DNA of 63,303 bases, counting the filler, from Trichodelitschia bisporula (Eukaryota): NCBI GenBank assembly GCA_010356995.1. It is 9 parts of 5 records of this genome, joined end to end, with 100 filler letters (N's around TTAATTAATTAA, not from the genome) between each part and the next. Parts side by side here need not be neighbours in the genome. Positions count along the whole stretch, not along the records: positions 8,232 to 28,155 come from ML996690.1; 8 more parts are not named here. The stretch is one strand, 5' to 3'. Below the pieces are notes generated by a model. That model was not told the DNA's origin and ran no database searches. It saw only the letters and a program-made list of their open reading frames with translations. How positions within the stretch are numbered: position 1 is the stretch's first letter; each line of letters opens with the position of its first letter. A program made the translations under genes and the position numbers. Positions 11,407 through 23,626 of the stretch are shown here, in pieces.

Positions 11407-12912
11407 ATGGCTCCCCATGTGAAGGAGTCTCCCGCAAAGCAGGAGGAGCTTACTGAGGAGAAGATGATGGCTAAGATCAACAATGAGAACGACCCTAACA
11501 ATGACGAAGATGTAAGCTAAAAGTAAACAAGGACAAACATTCCATACTGACTATTCTAGGTTGTTGTGCTTCAGAAGGCAGAGCTCGCTGTCAAGACTCC
11601 ACCTGAGCAAGGCCTTGAGCGCGACGATAAACGGAAGCGCAGTGCGGCGGCCGACGAAATCAGGTTCCCTTCTGGCCTAGAAGTGGAGAACGACCTAAAC
11701 CCGCCGAAGCGCCAGAAGAAGGAGCTTTTCACACCTTTCCCGGGCGACGAAATTCTGAAAGCGGCATGGGTTGTAGTCCGAAATCTTGAGATAACCAAAT
11801 TCGAGTCTCTCCACGATGCTGGTTTGTACAGCATGCGAGTGCTCAGTGAACACGGTCGCACTTGGGATAATGAGCCGGATGCCCTCTTGAAAGGCACTGC
11901 CGTAGCTCAACACCTCTTGGAGATGACCGAGATCTCCATCGAATCCTCCATGAGTGACACTGCTGCGGAACCGGTCTCATGCACTTCCTCGGATGCGCAG
12001 GCGGGAGGCACGGGTACCGATGCCGCGCACTCTGCCTGTTTCATAGACCCTGCGTTGGTCCCTCTTGGGGAGGAAGAGAATATTCCGGCACTGAGCCAGA
12101 ACTCAGTTGCAACCATGGAGAGCCTTCCCGAGACCATTGAGAGCTTTCACGAGACCATTGAGAGCTTTCCCGAGACCATTGAGAGCTTTCCTGAGGCCAT
12201 AGGGAATTCAGCTGCGGCCATTCGGAACCCGAACGCGGAGGCGCAGGAAATCGAGTCGATCTTCCAGTCGCATCTGCAGCCTATCTTGCAGCCCCTTCCT
12301 CCTACCACCGCGCCACAGATCGACCTTTCGCGCGTCTTTTCGGTGGCCAGTGGCCTTGTTTACCTCCCGGATGGAGTCCCAAACATTCAACACTACAAGG
12401 CCTGGGTCCACTTCGTTTACAACATCGGCGGCTGGCTCGTTCCTGGTCTCGGGACGATTGCGGACAGCGTGCTCGGCCCCGATCCTGTTCGGAAGGAGGT
12501 AGTCGACCAGATGTACCTGTCTGGATACCGTCGCTGCACGAAAGGTAGGACCTATGTCTTTCATCGTGACGCGCAGGACTGGCTGGGGCAGCTCGGGCTG
12601 CTACACTTCTTTCAGCCGCTCTTGGCCGCCATGGAACGCAGTCTTTGGACGATGCCGCTGGAGTTTATTCCAAACCCTTTCATCTGCAGTGGATGCAACA
12701 GGTCTTTCAGGTTCGTTGCGCGGAACAACAACGGGATCTCTGGCACCATGCGCCGCATTCTCAAGCATTGCCGTGAGGAGTGTATGTCTGTCGACGCTCC
12801 GGTAGGCTTCTGTCGCTGCGGTACCGTTTATCCGGATCTCCAGCATGTCGCCACTTGCCTTTGCTCAATGGATCACGGTTCGGATCACACTTGGAATCAG
12901 GCTCCGGTCTAG
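11407..12912 (+). CDS. Hypothetical protein (~485 aa) with a basic NLS-like region, ETIESFP tandem repeats and a C-terminal Cys/His zinc-binding cluster
   Basis: ATG at 11407; intron 11512-11559 (GTAAGC..CTGAC..TAG) joins in frame to the 448-codon ORF. A 21-bp repeat occurs about 4 times at 12118-12201. The tail carries CSGC..HCREEC..CRC..HVATCLC. Confidence 0.65.
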
Positions 12913-13318
12913 ACATCAGGAAAGAGCGCATGGCCAAACCGGATAGAACGATATGTGCGGCGCGCATCAAAACCTTGTACTTAGGCATTTTAGACGGCGA
13001 AGTAAAAAAACAAACGCTTTCGCTGACCTTCGCATCATGATGTCCGTGACCCCAGATGTGTGGAATGCTCTGAAGCGCCCCGGTCCTCATCGAGGCGAAA
13101 AAGCCGACTTTTACGGCGACGGTGCGGCCGTACACAGCGTGCTCGCATTGGGAGTCGATTGTGTATGGGTACGTCTGCGCTTCGTCGCGGCCTTCTCCTT
13201 GCCCTCTTTGCCGCATAGACACCGAGGATGTTGCTCATTTGGGGCGAGGCGCACATGGGTGATTCTTGCGCTGTTGAAATGCTGACAGGATCAGCGTCCT
13301 CGAGTGCTCCCCTGCATC

Positions 13319-13492
13319 TGTTGAAAGGTGATGCGTGATCAACAGAAACATCACTGCATCACAAGTTGGACCGAAAGTCTGTCCATGAACAAGTTGCTTA
13401 ATTGCCAAAGAGGTGGGGATCCCGAGTCTACTTATACTCGAGACCTGTGGCTGAAACTAGGTAAGGCTGAACACAGCCACCGCTTTCCAACA
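13319..13492 (+). mobile_element. Solo LTR, family A, with perfect 5-bp TSD GCATC
   Basis: GCATC|TGTTG...CCAACA|GCATC. Confidence 0.92.
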
Positions 13493-14257
13493 GCATCCCA
13501 GTCGGCAAACAACTTGGCATTTCAGCGTGTGGCGTGAACGTCTTCACTTCACCGACGCAATACTCACCGAACTCTTGAACAGCCTCACCGGTGTGTTCTG
13601 GTGCCGCTTCCCTGCCGCACCGGTGTGTGTTGCGTAAGGTTCGGCTGGCCGAGCGGTTCCTCCAGCCTGGATGCGGGTGCTGGATTGCAGGCTGCTCCTT
13701 TGTCTAATCCGGCCAGTACACGGAGGACGAATTGCACTTACGAATATCTCGTTCTCCCCGCCGCCGTTTTCGAAACTTTAGCCGCCCGCCACCGTCATCG
13801 CCGCGGCATCGGCCTGCGCTCTTCGATTGCTGCCGCCACCATTCGTGACAGGCAGCAAGTCTGGTGACTGCAACGTCACCGGCCGGCGAGTCGGCGGCTT
13901 ATGAACGGTTGGCGGCTTGCCAGAGTCGTAAAAAGGCTGGCCCGGTGTTATGTAAGAACCTAGCTCCGGCGCTTGTGCATTTGTATGGGCCGGTCCTCAG
14001 TTTTGACCTGCATGGCACACACTTGGAGTTGAAAGATGAGTGCCGTACTCTCACCCACGGCGATGAAGGACGCCGGCGGCGTGGCCACTGCACTCATGTC
14101 GGAGGCCGCGGAGCACAGCAAACATGAGAGCTCACTGCCGGGCAGCCAATGCGTCATTGACTTACACGACTGTTAGCCACCTGTCGGTAGGATGCTTGAT
14201 AGCCACGCGCCTGGGCCGGGTCATTGGGCGGTATCCGCCAACTACGGATGACATATG

Positions 14258-16633
14258 TGTTGGAAGGGGCCAGAAGGTATTTTGAGAAACTGTGGATCCA
14301 GGTCGAATACACGGTGCCACACAACCCGCGTCAGAACGGGATTGCCGAGCGAGCGAATCGATCCATCATGGAGTCGGCAAATGCGATGCTGAAGGACGCC
14401 AAGCTGAGCGGAAAGTTTTGGCGTCCTTCAGCATTGCATTTGCCGACTCCATGATGGATCGATTCGCTCGCTCGGCAATCCCGTTCTGATGCGGATTGTG
14501 CGGCACCGTGTATTCGACCTGGATCCCCAGTTTCTCAAAATATCTTCTTGCGCCTTCTGATATAAACTCTCCGGCATTGTCCATCCTGATGCATTTGACA
14601 TGATGCCCAACTTCCTTCTCTGCTTTCACCCTCCAGGCGTCGAAGCAGTCTAGGAACGTGATTGTTCGACTGTCCTTCGGATAGAATGTCCAAATCTTCC
14701 GAGAATATTGATCCGTGATCGTCATCATCAGGGTTCTTCCGTCGAGCGATGTTTCCGGCTCTGGTCCCCAGTAATCGATGTGAACTCGTTCAAGCAATTC
14801 CTCTACTGGCTCAATTGGCGTCTTTCCGGTCCGTTTCGTCATCTTCGCTCGCCTGCACGCGTCGTAGGTTCCTTGATGGCTGATCTTTCGCTGTATCCCG
14901 TCGGCTACCTCGTGGATTCTCGCCTCGCGGGATTATCCCATATGGCTGAGTCGCTTGTGCATAATCTCGTCGTGTTCTGGACTGAGCTGCGCGTCTGCTG
15001 ACAGAATGACTCCTCTCAACCGAACTGATTTCAGTAGATAGAGCTTCCGATGTCTTTCTGCCGTGGCTAGTTCCTTGCCTTGGTAAATGAGTCTGATCTG
15101 CTGTGCGTTCCCCGAGAACGTCACTCCACAATCACTCAACTGGCCCAGCGACACCAGGTTGAACGGACTCTCAGGACAATAGAGAGTTTCCCGTAACTTA
15201 ACAAACCCCCCGGCAACCTGACCTGGGCGATTCCCATCCAGTTCACCGTCATCCAGTTGCTGTTTGCGACTCTCACTCGGCCGTGAACTCTCTTCAGCGT
15301 TTCGTCGATAAGCGCTTCTCGTATGTTACAAATGTGCCTCGTTGCACCCGTGTCCAGCATCCACGCCGGTCGTCCGCCTAGAGCTGTCTCCGGGGCCTTC
15401 ACTTCCGCGTCTGAGATGTAGTCGCTTAGCTCGTCCTCGGCTGCTTTTGCGTAAAAGTTTCCTCGTCGCCTCCGTTGCGGTTCGTCTCTTCGCCTCCGCG
15501 GCGGTTCGTCTCGTTCGCCTCCATGGCGGTTCGTTGCTTCGTCTTCCTGACGATTCGTGTGATTTCGCGGGCCAATCCTGCGACCTCTCGTCGCTTTGCC
15601 GGTACCTCTGGCCTTCCTGCTTCTTGGACCATTCCTTGCCCTCGTCCATAGCTAGCCAATCGCGGCATTCTCGCTTCATGTCCCAGCTTCTTGCAATGGA
15701 AGCATCGTCTCTTTTCTGGCCGTATCCTAGCCAAATACGCTGATTTTCCCGCTTCTTCCGCCCCGTTCGACAATTCCAGCTCCTTCGCTTCCAGCTTCGA
15801 CACAATGCCGTCAAAATCAACCTTGTCCTGATTCTGAATGATCTCGATCGTCGTCGCGTACTCAGGCCCCATGTTTCGGATAAGAAAATTGAAAGGAACG
15901 TCTTCGACACGCTGATGTCCTTCAAAGCCATCTTGTTCAATTCCGTCTGTGCTCGCACCAGTTGCTGCGACTTCTCGTCGACCGTCTTGTCCGTCATGCC
16001 GATGATGTTGATGAGCTGTTGGAGTAGCTGCCATACTCCGGCCTCGCTCTGGCTTGTGTGAATCTTCCTGAGTGTCTCATAAATGTCCTTCGCCGTCGTC
16101 AATCCTTCCACGTATTCGGCCTGCTCGATGCTGAGGTTTGCCCGCAGTATCGCTCTCGCTGCGGCGTTGTCGACTTTCTTTCTCGCTTCTGCTGGTATGT
16201 CGTCCCTGCCGATATTCAATTGCCCCTCCTTGTCGTCGATCGTGTGCAGGAGATTCTTCGGCTCGGGCTCGTCCCGAATGACTGCATCCCATAGACGCCA
16301 GTCTGCTGTCGACTTGAGCGTGAATATAACACGTGACCTCTCGCTGGTCATAGTGGCCGTGGCCGTTGCGGTGCACCAAGCTCCGAAGATCGTGGAACCA
16401 ACTCGACTCTACCTAAACAACTAATCTTCCGGTAGCCTCGCGCTCACTGGGCTCATAAACTGTTGTAACTTCAGGGTCTTGGAGTATTGCGATGAGTTGG
16501 TCGAATTCCCGCAACCTAACTACCTGCTGATATATGTACATAAAGAGTGGCGGATATGCTTGCGCAAACAGAGAGAACTAGAACACATTCGAACTCAATG
16601 ATTACCAATCTGATCTTCTGGCCCCTTCCAACA
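14258..16633 (-). mobile_element. Truncated Ty1/Copia retrotransposon with a fold-back left end
   Basis: LTR 16461-16633; PBS-like GTTTATGAGCCC; gag from 16351 with a CFHCKKLGH knuckle; protease WMLDTGATRHIC; integrase HIDYWGP..DNAGEF..QNGIAERANR. Several frameshifts, no RT/RNaseH. TSD ATATG at 14253-14257 and 16634-16638. Confidence 0.92.
14263..14557. repeat. 140-bp inverted repeat (hairpin) of integrase sequence with a 15-nt loop
   Basis: Arms 14263-14402 and 14418-14557, with 6 mismatches outside the LTR-derived tip. Confidence 0.95.
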
Positions 16634-17070
16634 ATATGTAGGCTCGTCGTGGGGAACTATTCCACACGCCATCTCCTCCGACGTTGCCCACCCTTCGTAC
16701 CTACCTTAAACAGCAAACCTAGCCTCCGGCACTGCCGGCAAAGACTACTCATCCGTCGACATCATTTGCAAACTTCCCTATTATCGCGCGAACCTTGTCT
16801 TCGTTTGCCTAATAAGAACCCCCATTTCAGCTGCCGCCCTCTCCCCATTTAACCTGCGGTTTGGACTCTTTCTCCTCGGAGAACCCCTCCTCTCCTCAAG
16901 ACAGCCAAACTTCCCTTAGCATACCCTCTCAGGCTCCTCGCAGGTCTGACCTTTTTCTCCTTGGAAACATTCCTCCGGGAAATCACCGTCCATATCAGCG
17001 CAATCAGCTACCCTGAGCGGCCCACCGCAAATGACTCAGGGGACATCAGACCAAAGGGCCCGGGAGCGCC

Positions 17071-18398
17071 TTGAGTATGCCTTTTTGCTCTCAAAGTATC
17101 ATCTCGAGAAGGCGATTAAGAAAGCCGGACCGTCGACATGCTTATGCCAACTACAAGACACTTGCTGCCGCTGTTGCTGTTGCTGAAGCACACGCCGAAT
17201 GTCTCCATGCTGATACCGAGCTTGCCATCCGGGGTTGGGTTAGCAGTGGTGAAGGATCTGCCACAGAATGGTGGATGACGCAGGAAGCTCGCCGTTTCAA
17301 GATCGCAATCAGAGCGGCTAGCTGGCTAAAGTCGGCATATATGAAGCAGGCTGAGAGAGTCAAGCGCGGCGGCCCAGTAAGACGCGCGATCAACGCCCTG
17401 TTTGTCACAAGCCAAGTTGGGATTGCCGACGATAAAATCGGGATGGGCCCCCGTAGGAGATCGCATCAGAATAAGTTCCGAAAGGAGTTAATTGAATTCT
17501 ACGGGGCTGATACAACCCACCCGAACAAGCCAAAGGTCGTCTTGGAGATACACGACAGTGGCACTGGGAATACTTTGCCGAAGGAAGTCATCTTTGCCGC
17601 TCACTTAGTGCCCTGGTCGACCGATCCTAATATGTTGATTGCTTTCTTCGGTGAAAATGTAGCGGACGAGCTTCTGACGGCATGTATCTTATTCTCTTCT
17701 TCTTCTATAGTCCGGGGCGGTGGAGGAGCGTCTCCAGACAAAAGGACGTCTAAAGTGGAGAATACAAGCTGACGTTTACCATAGGCTTGGAACGGCCTGC
17801 TGCTTAGCAAGGCGGTTGAGACAGCACTTGACGAAGGCGCAATCCTCCCTGTACCAGACATCCGGGAAGGTCCCTCCACCGAAGATGTGGCCAAATGGGA
17901 GGCAAAGGAGCCTAAGAATTACAGGTGGCGGGTTCTGGACGAGGATGCGGAGTGTCTCGACGCGATTCTCATCCCGCCTGACTCCGGCTCCCAAAAAATG
18001 AGTGTTCGAGACCTGAACGGTCGGCCGCTGCCGTTCAAGAATAACAACCGCCCTAGGGCCAGATACCTTTACTAGGTCTTCTTAGTGGCGCAGCTCAACA
18101 TGCATGAGAATAGCAACTACCCGGCCCACAAGCTGGACTCCCAGCTGGGAAAGGTTTCTGGGCCACCCGGCAGGGCGTGAACCAGGCTTTTCTACGTGCC
18201 CTGGCTGAGGAAATCGGTCACGACACAGAGTTCATGGGCCCGATACCGACAGTGATGATTCTGAAGGGATTGTGGCCTTACTTTTCGTTGCAAAGATGCT
18301 CGAAGCTCGGGCACCACGCAAGGAAGATGATGACGAGGATGAAGGTGATGAAGGTGATGAAGGCGATGGTGAGTAACAGGGTTACGGGCTGCGAGTAG
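17071..18398 (+). pseudogene. Fungal HNH endonuclease (HNH_2-like) pseudogene
   Basis: FRKELIEFY..IFAAHLVPW..FFG..ELLT, then a GC-AG intron (17680-17784), then AWNGLLLS..DEG..RVLD..DLNGRPLPF..RPRARYLY* (premature TAG), a frameshift, LAEEIGHD and an acidic tail. Confidence 0.75.
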
Positions 18399-18707
18399 TA
18401 TGTTAATTGGTGTTTGATCGGCCTGTGTAAGTCGCTTCTTCTCTCATTTTCAAAGGCGCCATTCTGACAAGATGGCCATGATAGTGGCAACGGGCTGCGG
18501 AAAAACGCATGCTGGTTTAACTTGGCCTCTCGCTCAGACTTCTCCGGCGTCGGAATCAGCTGCAGAAGCTACGAGCGATGACGAGGGGAATTGTTTGAAT
18601 GCAGCAAGGCTGCAGAATCACGTATAAGCTTGATGAATGAGAGTACATCCGTAAACATAATCGCAATGTGGTGATGAACCATAATCCTGAGAAATGTATC
18701 GAAGCTT

Positions 18708-18785
18708 GCCCCGCATCCCTCACCCCGCATGCCCAACCCCGCATTCCTTACCCCGCATGCCCAACCCCGCATTCCTTACCCCGCC
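18708..18785 (+). repeat. Minisatellite, ~14-15-bp ACCCCGCAT-based unit, about 6 copies
   Basis: Alternating ACCCCGCATGCCCA / ACCCCGCATTCCTT units read directly from the sequence. Confidence 0.8.
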
Positions 18786-19903
18786 ATCCGCCTCCGCCGC
18801 CCCCACATCAGCCACCCCCGCTTCCGTCGCCTCCGTCACGGTCCTGGCCTCGAGCTGCCCACGCCGCCTTGGAGCCTTACCATGCGTGGGGCAGATCCTG
18901 CCAGGGCTGGAGAGCTCAGGTCTTCCTCCTCCCACTCCCTCTTCTCTCCCCCAACGGTTCAATCTTGAAGCACCATCACCACAAAACATGGATCCGTGAC
19001 ACCCCCCCAGCAAAAACCATCCAGCCCATCCCACCTCCTTACCCCCGCCGCAGTATCAACGCGAAGCCAGACTGACCGGCCGCTTACGCCTCCCTCACCC
19101 GCAACGAGAAATACCGCGCTGCGCGAGTCGGCCGCGCCTCGCAGTCGAGACGGCCGACGCCCACTCCGACGCCCTTAGCAGCGCATTCATATTGCCATTC
19201 GCAGCGTACTCGCTGTCCCTCGCCGGCCACAGCGTCACTGACGGGTGGGCGTGCCCTGTGTCTGGCCGGATGAGGCAGGTGAAGGTGTAACTGTGCCGCG
19301 GGCCCTCACGCCGGCGCCAACAGCCTCGGGATTGGCATAGTCCGGCAGGAGGTCGCGCGGACGCAGACAAGATATATATATTAAAGCCAGCAGAGGCCGC
19401 GACTGTTTTTAGGAAGTTCCTGGCGGACGCGATGTGGGGCTGGACTTGGTGTGGGCGCGGATAGAATTGGCGGGCCCGTCGTGGGCGTCAGTGTGCTGGG
19501 CTCTGGGGTGGAACCGCGAAGGCCTTCGGGTAATTTCCTCATGAATGTTGTTTGGCCTGTTACGAGGGGGGAAGGCATCGCATTCGGGCACTGTATGGGC
19601 GGGGGAAGACGGCGGAAAGGAAAGTCGGTACGGTAGTCCATTCACGTCCCGCTGTTGAACAACTCCCGTCGTCCTTCGACGATTATCAGCTGGGAGGGTC
19701 ATTCGTTTGTCTGCAGGCTCAGGTGGTTGCAGCCATCATCTGTCCGGCCTTCGTAGTATTGCCAGTGAAAGATATGCCTATTGGTTTGCACGTTTTCTGG
19801 TCGTAGGCGGGATGCCCGCTAGCAACATTATCATCTCCTTTCAACTCAAGCAGCACTATCTTGCGTCGTGCCAGCGAATTTCTCCCAGTTTTACACTCGC
19901 AAG

Positions 19904-21380
19904 CTACAGTTCTGACATCAATTCCATGCATAATACTTCACCAGAAAAGTATCCCAAGCCAAACTTGTGCCCACACACAGTGATAGCGTAAGGTTCACGA
20001 TACCGATCTGGTAGCCAGATAAGCTTTTGCATGTCCCTAATGACCCATTCTGCGGTGATCTTCAAGCGCCTGTACGGGGATTCAAGATCCAGTTGTCGCT
20101 TGGCGTCCGGTGAAAGCCCCAGGGTTTCCATATCCGCTTCGCCCATTGGTGTCAGTAGCCCTTTTCCCAAACTAGTGTCCCGAATCTTAACGCTGAAGGG
20201 CATTGACGATGCCAAGTGCTTACTGTCCGGCGAGTATGTCAGGTCTGCGAAGTAGGTGGGGTCTAAAGGGCGCTCGAGCGAGTCCAGTAGCTGGCCCGAG
20301 CTGGCGTCCCGTAGCTGAACCGTTTCGTCGTCCGATGCCGACTCGATCTGCCTACCGTCCGGCGAAAAGATTACTGTGCGGATGGGTTCTGAATGGATTC
20401 CGCGAGTCCATAAGAGCTGGCCTGGGCTGGCGTCCCATAGCTTGATCGTTTCATATTGAGACGCCGACACCAGCTGCGTATTGTCCGGGGAAAAGGCGAC
20501 GGCGCAGACAGAATGTAAATGGCCCTTAAGAGTCTTTCGTACCTCCCCCGAGACAGTGTCCCATAGCTTAACTGTGCAGTCGTACGACGCTGATGCTAAT
20601 TGCTTACCATCCGGTGAGAGACATACGTCGGTAACCCCTGAGGCATGTCTACCGAGAGTCTGCTGCGCCTGCAGCCCTAAGCCCGCGTTCCACAGCTTGA
20701 CCATGTTGTCGTTTGAGGCCGACGCCAACTGCTTGCCGTCAGGTGAGAAGACTGCGGTCTTAACATGTGAGGTATGTTTATTGAAAGTCTGCTGTAGCTG
20801 TCCTGAGACGGGGTCCCAGAGCTTGACCGTTTCGTCGTTTTGAGGCTGACGCCAGCTGCTTCCCGTCGGGCGAATAGACTACGGCGTTGACCCAGGATTT
20901 ATGACCCTCGAGAGTCTGTTGTAGCTGTCCCGAAACTGGGTCCCATAGCTTGACCGTGTCGCTGTTTGAGGCCGATGCCAGCTGCCTACTGTCCGGCGAA
21001 TAGACTATGGTTTCGATCCCTTGTGGATGACCCTCGAGGGTCTGTAGCAGCTGTCCTAAGATGGGGTCCCATAACTTGACCGTTATGTTCTGAGACGCCG
21101 ACGCCAGCTGCCTCCCGTCCGGCGAATAAACGACGATCTTGATGCGGTCTGAATGCCCATTGAGAGTATATTGCAGCTGTCCTGAAACGGGATTCCATAG
21201 CTTAACCGTACTGTCGGCTGACCCCGACGCCAGCTGCTTCCCGTCTGGGGAATAGACCACGGCATTGACAAAGCTATTATGGCCCCTGAGAGTATGTTGC
21301 TGCTGTCCCGAGACGGGTCCCAGAGCCTGACCGTGTCTTCGTGTGAGGCCGACGCCAGCTGCTTCCCATCGGGCGAATAC
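19904..21380 (-). pseudogene. HET-E-like WD40 repeat array (~10 repeats of 42 aa) with an NLR C-terminal tail; frameshifted, no NACHT
   Basis: Repeated [23 protein letters not shown]; tail LIWLPDRYR..FGLGYFSGEV; frameshifts near 21315 and 20840. Confidence 0.85.
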
Positions 21381-22191
21381 ACTGTAGCACACATCCTCCT
21401 TCTTCTCCGGCCGTCCGTTCAATCCGCCCTTACCCTCGGCCACGGACACCTGCCGCTCGCTCAACCACCCAGCCAAGTGCTCCGTATCGACTGTATCAAG
21501 GCGGTCCGCAATCGACAGCGCCGGAAGGCAGGTGAATATCTGGCCCGAATGCGATTCTGCACCAGGCGAATTGCCATATCCACCGTCGGGATTGGCGCAG
21601 GACTCGATATATGTCACCGCACGGGGAACATCGACGAGATCCAAGCGACCAAGGAGCGACAGCGCATTCAACCCTCCGTACAGGAAGCGCGTGTCAGGCT
21701 CTCCATACTGATGCCGAAGAACGTCCCCGTAGCCGGATCCTGCAGCCCCGCAATAACTGCTCCGTCAGTCCAGTCCACATCTTTCCAGCAAACTCACACT
21801 TAGCAATTTTCTCCTTCCCCGCCGGCACTCTCGCCTCAAGCTCCTCAAATCCATCCACCAGCACCAAAATCTGCACTCCGCTCACAGTACACAGCATATG
21901 CGCATCATGTCCTGGAGCAGCACTCATCCCGCCCGACTCATGCAGACAGCTGAGCACGATGTCGAGCACCTCCGCGTGGGGCAAGGCGTCCGGCTTCCCG
22001 AGCAGGTGCAGCGCGGTCAAGCCCCAGTATAATCCGTTTAGTCGTAGATGTTCCGTCAACCAGTACTCAAATTCGTCGCGCCGCTTGTCTAGCGTTTGAA
22101 TGTAGCGCACGTGGGCGCTGGTGTGAAGTTGCTGTGGGGAGGGTGCCGAGGAGAGGGCGCCGCCGCGGCCGGGGCCGGCGACGAGGGACAT
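21381..22191 (-). pseudogene. BET2: Rab geranylgeranyltransferase beta subunit, 5' portion, frameshifted and truncated
   Basis: [39 protein letters not shown] and [16 protein letters not shown]. One intron (~21745-21797); 1-bp deletion at ~21712; stops before the expected WW. Confidence 0.9.
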
Positions 22192-22895
22192 CGTGGGTGT
22201 GACTGTAGGTCTTCAAGGCTTAGCAAGGCTAGTTCTGACACTGCCAGCCGGTAAGTGTGCTGCAATGAAGCTGTCTGGGCTTTCTGGGAGGTGGAGCAGA
22301 GGTTGACGTGGGGTCACTTTGAAGGTTGCTTGGTCTCGTCGAGCGAAGCTCGCGGTAAGCGAGGAGGGTGGTAGGGTGCGGGAAGCGGAGATATGTCGGA
22401 TGATTCTCAAAGGGTTTACTCTGCTTGATCGGTATGAAACATATCAGCTCTAATGATCCCTCAGCCTTATGGCTTTGTACGTAGTAGATGAGAGTGAACT
22501 TTAACTTGAGTTGGCGGGGTTATAAACCCCGCGCCAAGCCGTAAATATATACTGCGAGGTGGGGCAAGAGCTTCAGCCACTCTTGTCACTGTACAGTAGC
22601 TCTGGACGAGAGAGGCGGCACTTGTGCTAGATCTTGAGGCCAACCTCAAGGAGTTACTGGGAGTAGATAGCCCCTAATCCATCCAAGGTCTGTGCCTTTA
22701 ACTTAGAGGCTTTCGGCCACGGTTGCCTCGCAGGGAGCTGGGTGATGGTGGTGATGTTACACTGAGGACGAAAAAATGGACTGATGTTGAATAGGATAGG
22801 GCTTCACCGAGCTTGGTCTCAGTCTCGAGGGCATTCTGGTGGGAATTTCGCCGGTGTCGCACTCGTGAAATCAAGCACCATACGCACAAAGCTAT

Positions 22896-23626
22896 CTATG
22901 CCTCCTCTTCCTCGTTGACAAACAGGTCCCAATCCTTGACCTCAAAGGTCTCCAAAATGCGGTCGCGCATCTGTATCGCCGCCCCGAGAAGCGGGCCCGG
23001 CTTGCGCGCCTCGAGGTCAACATCTTCACGGGCATACTCGTCTGCCACGTGTGGGACATTAATCGAAATGACAGTGTCGGTCTTCTGCGCCGCGAGCCGC
23101 ACGAGCACCAGGAGGACGCCCATGAAGTCGGCCTGCGGAGAGCGGGAGGGCGCGGCACTTGGGTGTTGGGTAGCAAACAGAGTGAACGCTGGGATCGACC
23201 TACGGAGTGAGGTTAGGTGGGGAATGGGGCACAGACGAGGTAGTTAACGCGTAAAGGAGAGCTGTACTCATATTAGCGGGGCATACATACGGCATTTTCG
23301 CCAGCGCCGCTGGGGCAAAATCCGCCCAGATGCGCGTCTCGTCGGCGCTGCTGGTGACGATATCGGTGTAATGGAAACGCAGAGCGGCTTCATCCGAGCT
23401 GTCGTTCGGCTGGATGACGCGCTCAGTTATGTCGAAGATGATGCTCGTGAGGCCGGTGGTGTGGAGGTAGACTTCCTGGTTATCGGGAACCTGGCGGATG
23501 GTGCTGTGGGGTTAGATGGGCGCAGAGTGGAGGCTTCCGTGAATCTCACCTAACGTCCGCGAAGTCGCGGGGAAGGTCGGCTGTGAGGGCGCCGCCGAAG
23601 AGTGGGACGGTAGTGAAGGTGGTCAT
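22896..23626 (-). CDS. MOG1: Ran guanine nucleotide release factor (Mog1p/PsbP-like)
   Basis: MTTFTTVPLFGGAL..FADVS|TIRQVPDNQEVY..SIIFDITE..LVRL..TD.VISINVP..FEVKDWDLF. Two canonical introns restore an intact frame. Confidence 0.9.

Noticed and set aside
9592..13492. Two same-orientation family A LTRs as the ends of one retroelement carrying the 11407 gene
   Set aside because: The right LTR has its own GCATC TSD on both sides, the LTRs are clearly diverged, and no gag/pol lies between them.
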